Assembly (NCBI GenBank): GCA_965203905.1
Contig: CBDBDQ010000005.1
Location: 6,976,001 to 7,040,000, forward strand
Reading direction: 5' to 3'
DNA: 64,000 bases
Source of the DNA: Spirochaetia bacterium
Lineage (GTDB): Bacteria; Spirochaetota; Spirochaetia; SZUA-6; Bin103
Shown: positions 29,954 through 38,155 of the stretch, one piece after another
How the letters are laid out: every line of letters begins with the position of its first letter
How positions within the stretch are numbered: the first letter of the stretch is position 1
The notes under the pieces: model-generated
Told to the model about the DNA's origin: nothing
Seen by the model: the letters and a program-made list of their open reading frames with translations, nothing else
Database searches by the model: none
Program-made: the position numbers and the translations under genes

Positions 29954-30593
29954 GCCCGTCCCCTTGCGGGACGCGCAATTTTCCTTTCCAGCCACCATAT
30001 GCCCACTTGCACGTAGGGATCGAGCAGCGGGGGCATGTTACGGCGCTCAATCTCGCGCTCCACGCGATGTCGGGGTACTGGTCTCCGTTGTCGCCGCCAC
30101 CAATGGAGGATGGCATCCAGTATCGCCCTGCGATGATTCCTGATTCGCGGGAGGTTCAGATTGAGCACGTCGTTCAGTTGCTCGTCGAATACCGGATCGT
30201 CGGAACGGATCGTACCGTCATTTGCGTAGCTGATGCGATCCTCTATGCGGCGCCGGGGGTCCGCTGGATTCCACCGCAAGTCTTGATCTCCCTTCAGCGT
30301 GTCACAGTGCTGCAGGCGAGAACGGCGGCCCTCCGCACCATGACAGGCGGCGAGCACGTTTCGATAATCGAGTTCGTCGTCCGGATAAGCGACCCTGCTT
30401 CGCCAGTGCTCGATCTTCATCGCGTTGGCCCCGCTCGCGATTCGGCACATGCAGTAACAACAGAGCCCACGCTGTTCTGTCACCAGTGCCCGCCGCAGAG
30501 CGTCCTTGTCCGCATAGTTGTCGTAGTCACCGTACGGCGTATTGCGGTGCGTCGTCAGGCTTGTCGGCTCCGACCCTTGACGATCGACCTCAT
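29950..30593 (-). pseudogene. HNH endonuclease, TIGR02646/PtuB-like, with a 1-nt frameshift at about codon 8
   Basis: ATG at 30593 overlaps the ATPase stop; MRSIVKG/EPTSL...EQRGLCCYCM...IEHW...DYRNVLAAC...HCDTLKG. Confidence 0.78.
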
Positions 30594-31818
30594 TCGCTCT
30601 CTTCCAGGAACTCCAGGAGCGTATGAATCCGGGTCACCTCCGGATCATCGCTTCCAACCGTGTCGATCAACTGATCCAACGACCGTCGGGCCCGTCCAAA
30701 TGCATCGCCATCGATCTCACCCTTGATCCGTGCAAGTAGATCCAACACTTCCTTGGTGCGCGGATCGGCCTCCATGATCTCCTCCAGAACCCGACTGGAG
30801 TCGACGCCGAAGGAGTGTGTCGGCGGGAACGCCCCGTCCTCGGTAAGGATCTGGATGCGGTCGTGCTCGACTTCGCCGATCACCTGCGGCGAGTGAGTGG
30901 TTGCGATGAACTGACAGCGCGGAAACGTCTCCGTGAGCTTGCGCACGATCTGGCGCTGCCACTTCGGATGCAAGTGGAGATCGATCTCGTCGATCAATAC
31001 GACGGCACCGGCTTCGGTCGCCGGATCTTGTAGTGCGGGATTGGCCTCGCCCAACCGCCGCGTGAGATCCAGCGCAACCGCGAGTATACCGCGCTCCCCA
31101 TGAGAAAGCCGGCGCACCGGGAGTGCCGCACCACGGCGGCTGATCAGAACACTGAGCTCGTCGGCTCCTCCACGGTGAAGGTCTTCGTAACCGGGAAGGA
31201 AGCGCCGCACAGCGCTCTCCAGGCCGGTTAAGGCCGGCCGGTTGCGCTCGACGTTGAAGGTCTGTCTCACTTTCATCCAGTTCGCGAAGTAACCCATCCG
31301 AACCTCCCGGTCCGTAAGGGCACCCTCGTATGCCCGTGAGATGCCGCCTATAGGCAACTTTGGCCGCGTCTCTGACGCCACTGCCCGAGTCGTGGTGTAC
31401 ATCACCGCCAGGGGCCGGCCGTCGGCCTCGACTCCATCCTTCTCCGGCCGCTGCCCATAGACACCGGGATCCACAGGTGGCCACGCACCGATAAACCCTC
31501 TCCTTACCGGTCGCTCTGCACTGTGCTCACGAACCCGGTGCATCACGAAGTGAAACGATCCCGCCGCTTCAATGTCGCACTCGACTTCCAAGGCCTCCGC
31601 CTCCACGCGAACGTCGTCATCGCCGAATGGCCGTGGTGCCCCCGCGGCGGAGTTGTTATACACGCGTTCGAACTCGAACAGGCAGATCGCCAGCGCGTCG
31701 AGAAGGGTCGTCTTACCGACGCCGTTATCTCCGACCACCAAGTTGACCCTGGCTGGAAGTGCAACTCAGCCGTCTTGATGGACCGGACGTTGGTCAGCCT
31801 CAGATCGGTCACTCTCAT
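30590..31818 (-). pseudogene. ABC-type (AAA_21/PtuA-like) ATPase with a 1-nt frameshift at about codon 24
   Basis: MRVTDLRLTNVRSIK...FQPG/NLVVGDNGVGKTTLLDAL; LSHGER; VLIDEIDLHLHPKWQ; ATTHSP. Confidence 0.8.
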
Positions 31819-33050
31819 GCCACACCCTGCACGTCGATCTTTCCAGTCACCGCGGCGGCTATCAGTGCCGTACGGCGCTCCCGGAGCAGCGCAACGGATG
31901 TATCGGCAGCGGAGATCAGTTCGACAAGCATGGATGTACGCGCTCGAACATGATCCACAATGGCTGTCTGCTCTGCGCGCGGCGGCACCGGAGCCTCAAT
32001 CTCGCGAAACCCATCCCAATGGAGCCGCAGCCGGTCCCATACTATGCCGTGTGATCGTCGCGCGCACTCGGCGCTGAAAGCGGGTGCTCGGAAAAGCAAC
32101 CCCACATATTCCGACAAGACGGGGCCGGTCGGCTCGGCCACTATGTAATCGGGGCTGACGAGTCCGTCCACCGGCGCCACACCCACGGCTCCCTGCCACA
32201 TCCGCATCTTGTTGAAGACCAGATCGCCCTTGCAAGCCACCTTGTAGCTGGTGAAGTCTACCGTGGTGCCCTCGATCTTCTCGCCGGCGAACTCCAGCGG
32301 TACTACCCCTGAGTTGAGCGACACCTCCAGCAGCGGCAAATCAGGACATCCTCGTTGATCGCGCTCACGAAAGAGCCATGCGATCTTGCGCGACTCCCAC
32401 TGTGCCGGGGTATCGCCCAGCCATGCGATGCCGGAGTCGCGGAGCGGAACGTCGGGACTCAACCCGCGCGTGACCGCACCGGTGATCAGTGCTTGGAGCC
32501 TCTCCTCCAACAAACTGCGCAAGCGCCCCTGCTCCGCCACCAGCGCATCCAGCCGCACCGTCTCCCGGTCCAAATAATCGGCGATGGTACGTTGTTCGAG
32601 TATCGAAGGGCACGGCATACGAATCGACTTAAGATCGGCGGCATTCAGTTCGCCGAACGTGGATCCCCTTCCAAGTGCCTGAATCTGACTTATTCGACTA
32701 CGGAACCAATAGTAGTAGAATCGGGAATCTACTTTGACCTTGGGCGATAGCAGCACACATCTTTGGTTAGAGCACGCCGGATGTGCGAGGACCGCGAGAA
32801 GACCGATGGGTGCTTTCTTCGAGAGCACGATGGCCTTTGCAGGAGCAAGGGTGACAGCGGAGGATTCGTATCCTGAATTAGTGATCTTGCGTCGCGTGTT
32901 GTGCAACCAATAACCGGTCAAGTCACTCAGATCCTCCGGCGTAATCCAGAGAATATCACCATCCCAGAACTCGGAGTTTGAGTTTGCTGGAGTGTCCCCA
33001 CTCGTTACCTCAAAAACGTGACGCAGGGGGACGCCAGCGACGGTGTTCAC
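31815..33050 (-). CDS. hsdS: Type I restriction-modification specificity subunit
   Basis: Two TRDs; EQRTIADYLD, ALITGAVTRGL, DSGIAWLG, ERRTALIAAAVTGKIDV. Confidence 0.88.
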   Translation of the reverse strand: MNTVAGVPLRHVFEVTSGDTPANSNSEFWDGDILWITPEDLSDLTGYWLHNTRRKITNSGYESSAVTLAPAKAIVLSKKAPIGLLAVLAHPACSNQRCVLLSPKVKVDSRFYYYWFRSRISQIQALGRGSTFGELNAADLKSIRMPCPSILEQRTIADYLDRETVRLDALVAEQGRLRSLLEERLQALITGAVTRGLSPDVPLRDSGIAWLGDTPAQWESRKIAWLFRERDQRGCPDLPLLEVSLNSGVVPLEFAGEKIEGTTVDFTSYKVACKGDLVFNKMRMWQGAVGVAPVDGLVSPDYIVAEPTGPVLSEYVGLLFRAPAFSAECARRSHGIVWDRLRLHWDGFREIEAPVPPRAEQTAIVDHVRARTSMLVELISAADTSVALLRERRTALIAAAVTGKIDVQGVA

Positions 33051-35032
33051 GCGGTGACCGCCCGCAACAACCGGATAATCTTCTCTTCCGCTAGCTTCAG
33101 GTCAACGTCGATTTCTTCCAGCGGACGCGGCGGCGTGTACCGGTAGAAGTGGCGGTTGAAGTTGATCTCGTACCCTACTTTGTCCCTGGTGCGGTCCATC
33201 CAGGCATCGGGGACGTGCGGGAGCACTTCGCGCTCGAAGTAAGCGTCGATGTCCTCGGCGAGCGGGACGTTCTCGAAATCGCGCAGCGCAGGGTCGGGCT
33301 CGAAGCCATAACCACGATCGCTCCTGACCGGCGCGGCCTGCAAAGTCTTCGCAGTGAATGCCTCGCGGAACAACCTGTGCTGCGGCTTCTTCCAACGTGA
33401 CCGGCGTTCACGCAGAAGGGCACCGATCCGCTGCCACACGACGTTCCAGTCATCCAGCGGTTCCCGACCCAGGGCCCGGTCGATGGCTTGTACATCGTCG
33501 AGTAACTCGGGCCAGACGTCCAGGAACCGCTCCATCGCGTCCAACGTCACCTGAAAGCGCAGGCGCAGGGGACGCTCCACGGTGACCCGAGTGTACCCGA
33601 AGTCGATGTTGCGAAAGTTCTTGCAGCGCTCTTCGTCCTCGAAACGACCGTACAGCCGTACGATCTCGTCGATCTGATGTTGGGCGAGGTGGCGGCGTTT
33701 GTAGCCAAGGCTGCGCCGGCTCTCCGCGCTGCCACCCGGCGTCCACAGCTCGCGTGCGTCGACGAGTTGAATCCTGCCGCGCCGCCGCTTCTCCTTGCGG
33801 TTGGTGACGATCCACAGGTAGATGCCGATGCCGGTGGTGTAGAGCATTCGCTCGGGTAGCGCGATAATTGCTTCGAGCCAGTCGTTCTCGATGATCCAGC
33901 GGCGGATGTTGCTCTCACCGGAGCCGGCGCCGCCCGTGAACAGCGGCGCGCCGCTGAAGACGATGGCGAGGCGCGAGCCGTGGCGATGCTCGGCCGGGCG
34001 CACGGGCTCGAACTTGGCAATCATGTGCAGCAGGAACAGGAGCGTGCCGTCGTTGACACGCGGCAGCCCGGCGCCGAAGCGCCCGGCGAAGCCCCGTTTC
34101 TCGTGCTCGCGCCGGATCTCGCTCTGCTGCCGTTTCCAGTCGACGCCGAGCGGGGGGTTGATCAGAAAGTAGTCATAGGTCTCGCTCTCGAAGCGGTCTT
34201 CGGTGAGACTGTCGCCGAAGCGTACGTTGTCGTCACGACCGCCGCTGCAGCTTACCTGCTTGATCAACATGTCGGAGGCGGCTGTGGCGTAGGCACGCTT
34301 GTTGTAGTCCTGTCCGTAGACGTAGAGCTTGGCGTCGGGATGATGCTCGCGCAGGTAGCTCTGCGCCTCGGCCAGCATGCCGCCGGTGCCGCAGGCCGGG
34401 TCGAGCAGCTTGCGCACGGTGCCGCGGGTGGCAAGCAGGCTGTCGTCGTTGATGAACAGCACGCTCACCATGAGCCGGATCACCTCGCGCGGCGTGAAGT
34501 GGTCGCCAGCGGTCTCGTTGGCAAGTTCATTGAAGCGGCGGATCAGGTTCTCGAAGATTAGACCCATCTGGTCGTTGGGCACCTGGCTCGGGTGAAGATC
34601 CACCCGGCGGAACTGCGAAACCACCATGTAGAGGATGTTCGCCTCGTGCATCTTCTCGATCTCGGTTTCGAACTCGAAGTACTCGAAGATGCGGCACACC
34701 TCGGATGAGAACCCCTGGATGTAGCTCACCAGATGCTGCGCGATGTTGTCGGGATCCCCTAACAGCCGCTCGAAATCGAGATCCGAGTGGTTGTGGAAGC
34801 GCTGGCCTGCAGCCTGGTTGAGCATGGCGTCGAGCGCTGCACCCTGGTATCGGCCCTTGCGCTTTCGATATTCGGCGAGGACTCGGGCCTTGGTGGGCGC
34901 CAGCACACAGTCGAAGCGGCGCAGCACTGTCATCGGAAGCATGACACGCTCATACTGAGGCGGCCGGTATGGGCCGCGCAGCAGATCGGCGATCTGCCAA
35001 ATCAAGTTGGCGACGTAACCGTGGTCGGGCAT
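33047..35032 (-). CDS. hsdM: Type I restriction-modification methyltransferase (motif IV reads NPPL)
   Basis: IWQIADLLRG, AGDHFTPREVI, DPACGTGGML, INPPLGVDWK, GYEINFNRHFY. Confidence 0.92.
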   Translation of the reverse strand: MPDHGYVANLIWQIADLLRGPYRPPQYERVMLPMTVLRRFDCVLAPTKARVLAEYRKRKGRYQGAALDAMLNQAAGQRFHNHSDLDFERLLGDPDNIAQHLVSYIQGFSSEVCRIFEYFEFETEIEKMHEANILYMVVSQFRRVDLHPSQVPNDQMGLIFENLIRRFNELANETAGDHFTPREVIRLMVSVLFINDDSLLATRGTVRKLLDPACGTGGMLAEAQSYLREHHPDAKLYVYGQDYNKRAYATAASDMLIKQVSCSGGRDDNVRFGDSLTEDRFESETYDYFLINPPLGVDWKRQQSEIRREHEKRGFAGRFGAGLPRVNDGTLLFLLHMIAKFEPVRPAEHRHGSRLAIVFSGAPLFTGGAGSGESNIRRWIIENDWLEAIIALPERMLYTTGIGIYLWIVTNRKEKRRRGRIQLVDARELWTPGGSAESRRSLGYKRRHLAQHQIDEIVRLYGRFEDEERCKNFRNIDFGYTRVTVERPLRLRFQVTLDAMERFLDVWPELLDDVQAIDRALGREPLDDWNVVWQRIGALLRERRSRWKKPQHRLFREAFTAKTLQAAPVRSDRGYGFEPDPALRDFENVPLAEDIDAYFEREVLPHVPDAWMDRTRDKVGYEINFNRHFYRYTPPRPLEEIDVDLKLAEEKIIRLLRAVTA

Positions 35033-35145
35033 CGGAGCAGACGCGTATCCAATTGGGTTCGCGGTTCGTTACTATGCCACGGACCGATTGTGTGTGTCGC
35101 ACATCGAGGGCGTTGATGGCAGACCGATCGCTGCGGGCTCAGAAT

Positions 35146-35652
35146 AGCAACGTGCACGGCGCGGCCAGCCTGGGGCTGGCGTGGTTGTGACGACCTGGCC
35201 AACTGGTACTGGACCGGAGTGAGCCCCCCGCATCGACCTGCAGACGATTCCGAGGCCCATCATCCTGGCCGGGGACGAGGATACCGCTGACCGCGATCCG
35301 CTGCTCCACTACCACGAGGGCATCTTCCGGCTGTTCTGCTCCGTGGTGCGGGCGCGGCCGGACGGCAACGATCGCTTCCACGTCGGCGTGACCGAGAGCC
35401 GCGACCTGCGCTCGTGGGGACCGCTGCGCCCGGTCACCGATCCCCGCGACCCGCGTAGCTTCTGCGGGCCGGGCGGCATCGTCCGCCACGACGGCCGCTG
35501 GGTGCTGTGCCTGAGCAGCTATCCGCGGCCCGACGTACACCAAGCGCGCTGCTGGACCATGGCCAGCACCTGGCCGCCGCGAGCGCGCCCACCACGGCGC
35601 GGCCAGCGTCGCCATCGCCTGGAGCGACGACCTGCGGCGCTGGTTCTGGCCC
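35146..35652 (+). pseudogene. Decayed direct-repeat copy of 27969..29010 with about 535 bp deleted
   Basis: Long near-identical stretches to 27969-28390, then a jump to the equivalent of 28925-29010; several indels and stops. Confidence 0.85.
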
Positions 35653-35715
35653 GGCCACCTCGGCCCGGCGTGACTTGGCCGCGGCAAGCCCGCTTTTCCC
35701 GCATGCTGCCGCCGA

Positions 35716-35775
35716 GTCGCATCGCATCGCCACCATCGCCACGCCACCCCACGCCACGCCAACGCCACCAACACC
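35716..35775. repeat. Degenerate pentamer microsatellite (CGCAT/CGCCA)
   Basis: tcgcatcgcatcgccaccatcgccacgccaccccacgccacgcc. Confidence 0.4.
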
Positions 35776-36005
35776 GTCACCTGCTCGTCACCGGCGCCGC
35801 CGCGGGCCGCAGACGGTGCGCGAGCTGCACGCGATAACCGCCGTCGAAGGCCGGTCGCGGTCGTAATCCGCGGGCCGCTCCACGGGAAGCACGCCATTCG
35901 ACGGCAGCGATATCAGCGTCTTCCATACTCCGCCGGCCCTCGCGTGCTATGATCTGATTCAACACCGGCGTATGGTGAATTCGCGACGCCTGGAGGACAG
36001 CTTAC

Positions 36006-36551
36006 ATGTCCCTGATCGAGCATCTGGAAACTGACGGGTGGGAGGAGTTCTTTCGAGGTGTTTTCGAGTACACACTCGAAGTCATGAAGCACGACCGCTT
36101 CCGTTCGGTCGGCAGTGCCGCGGACGATCTGAGAGGCTGGCTTGCCAGGGGCGGGGTCGCCAGGGTCCGGGAGCGTCTCGACGATCAGATGGAAATGCGC
36201 CGGTTCAGCGCCTCCCAAAAGGTTGCCGTCCGCGACTACCTTGAGCAATTGGTTCGAGAGAATCGTCGGGCGCTGCTGGACCTGACCGCCACCGGTGTCA
36301 TCCCTGCGAGCGGGCAGGTGCAAACGGAAGCGCTCGGCGTGTCGGAAACCGACGTTCAGGATCTGCTCGACCGGATGCTCGCAGGTGAACGACCCTTCGA
36401 GGACTGGATGCATGCTCACGGACATTCTGATGAGGAGATTTCCGAAATCTACCAGCTGATCGACGACTGGTTGCTGCAGAAGGGAATCATCCCCGCACGC
36501 CCGCCTGACTGGCGGGAGCTGCGCAACGAGCAGGGGATCGACTCCCCATGA
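36006..36551 (+). CDS. Hypothetical protein
   Basis: RBS GGAGG, natural amino-acid composition; no family recognised. Confidence 0.65.
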   Translation: MSLIEHLETDGWEEFFRGVFEYTLEVMKHDRFRSVGSAADDLRGWLARGGVARVRERLDDQMEMRRFSASQKVAVRDYLEQLVRENRRALLDLTATGVIPASGQVQTEALGVSETDVQDLLDRMLAGERPFEDWMHAHGHSDEEISEIYQLIDDWLLQKGIIPARPPDWRELRNEQGIDSP

Positions 36552-36599
36552 TTGCGCCAATCAGCGTGCGGAAGTGCGCGGCGGCACGTCGACCAACTC

Positions 36600-36890
36600 G
36601 GCCGCGGAAGATCTTCTCGGCCCAGGGGCGACCTGGCGCGCGGTCGAACACGACCAGGTGGCCCGCCTCCGCCGCACGGCGGTCCATGTAGCCGCGGGTC
36701 TGCTCCACTCCCTCGGCGATGGTCCGCTCCAGGTCCTTGCGCAGCACCTTGCACTCCACCACGTAGCGGCGCTCGCGCCCACCCTGCAGCCACACGATCA
36801 GCAGGTCGGTGCGCCCGCGCCCCAGCGCGTACTCCCGCTCGATGCGTCCGCCGGCGTTGACGATGCGTTGCAGGTGCGCCTGTGCAACTG
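36600..36890 (-). pseudogene. C-terminal fragment of an ATP-binding protein with a PD-(D/E)XK-like tail
   Basis: QAHLQRIVNAGGRIEREYALGRGRTDLLIVW...VVECK...YMD...GHLVVFDR; N-terminal ATPase part absent. Confidence 0.65.
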
Positions 36891-36980
36891 CGGTCCGGCC
36901 TCGTGGGCCGCCCGGAAACACCTTGCGCGGCCACGCGTCTGGTGAGCAATATGTAACCGTACACCAAGTAGGAGAATGCG

Positions 36981-37976
36981 ATGCGACTGAACCTCAAATC
37001 AGCGTCGGCCCTTGCCGTTCTGGCATTGGTCATGTTGGCGAGCGGGGCTGCCTGGGCCGAGCCCACTGCCGCCCAAGTCAGGGACGACGAAACCCTCAAG
37101 GCCTTCGTGGAAGGGGCGAAGGCACATATCGAGGCGATCACGGACATGAACGAGGGAGCAAGGCTCAGGGAGAAGCTGAGAACGGAGGGCGACTGGAAGT
37201 CCGGATCGATGTTCCTCGTCATCTTCCTCAAGACCGGGGAGCCGTTCATCCACGGGAACGATCGCACGGCGGAGAGCAAGAATCTGATCGGCGTCGAGGA
37301 CGAGCGCGGAACCAGGGTCGTCGAGGAACTCCTCGCGGCCGCTGCCCGAGGGGGCGGTTTCGTCGAGTACCACGACGGGGGGCCGAAGACGGCATACGCG
37401 GTCGAATACACGTCCGGGATCACCGCAAGAGAATTCGTGCTGGTCGGCGGCTACTCGCAGGACGTCTCCCATGTCGCGATCCAGACCGCGGATCTGCCGA
37501 AGCCCGCCGTCGTCGCAGCGCAGGTCGTGGACCGCGAGACGCTCATCACCTTCGTCGAGGAAGCGGCCAAGACGTACCGCGAAGCCGTCATGTCGGAAGG
37601 CTACAGCGGCCTCACCAGGGTCAGAAACGCCTTCCGGGTGGAAGGAGGGGACTGGAAATCAGGCTCCATCTACCTGTGGGTCGTGAGTGGCGGGGGCGTT
37701 ACCCTGTTTCACGGATCGGAGCCCTATCGCGAAGGCAAGCCCACGGACATGGTGAGGACGGACTCCCAGGGGATCAAGATCGCGGAGGAGCTGATCGGAG
37801 GTGCGCGGCGCGAGGGTCGGAAGTTCTTGCGGTATCACTACGACAACCCGGCCATCGAGGGCGACGAGGAACTCGGTTCCCCGAAGTTCGGCTACGCGGT
37901 GAGCTTCGCGGTGCCCAACACCGACCAGAGGGCCGTCATCGGCTCCGGCATCTATCTCGACATAGACGCCAAGTGA
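36981..37976 (+). CDS. Secreted stand-alone tandem Cache-domain protein
   Basis: Signal peptide; two homologous halves (ETLKAFVEGAK...GDWKSGSMFL and ETLITFVEEAAK...GDWKSGSIYL); ends IGSGIY; no TM or signalling domain. Confidence 0.7.
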   Translation: MRLNLKSASALAVLALVMLASGAAWAEPTAAQVRDDETLKAFVEGAKAHIEAITDMNEGARLREKLRTEGDWKSGSMFLVIFLKTGEPFIHGNDRTAESKNLIGVEDERGTRVVEELLAAAARGGGFVEYHDGGPKTAYAVEYTSGITAREFVLVGGYSQDVSHVAIQTADLPKPAVVAAQVVDRETLITFVEEAAKTYREAVMSEGYSGLTRVRNAFRVEGGDWKSGSIYLWVVSGGGVTLFHGSEPYREGKPTDMVRTDSQGIKIAEELIGGARREGRKFLRYHYDNPAIEGDEELGSPKFGYAVSFAVPNTDQRAVIGSGIYLDIDAK

Positions 37977-38027
37977 CCCCTGGCCTCGACTACCTGCACG
38001 TGAACGGTTGCCGCGGTACCGGGGCAT

Positions 38028-38061
38028 CGGTTGACTCCAGCGCTCCTCCTTCGACAACAAT
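38028..38061 (+). promoter_or_regulatory. Promoter-like motif shared with 59040..59074
   Basis: CGGTTGACTCC...CTTCGACAACAAT; TTGACT-19 nt-AACAAT in both copies. Confidence 0.45.
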
Positions 38062-38155
38062 GCCCCGAAACGACGAGCTGCTGAGATCACGGTGACACCT
38101 GCCCACCGGGGCAGATGCCAGCTTCGCGGAATCGGTGGCTCGGTAGAGGTAAAAC

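Noticed and set aside
29950-31818. Retron (Ec78-like) system
   Set aside because: No reverse transcriptase or msr-msd-like region seen; the genes are coupled to hsdS and hsdR instead.
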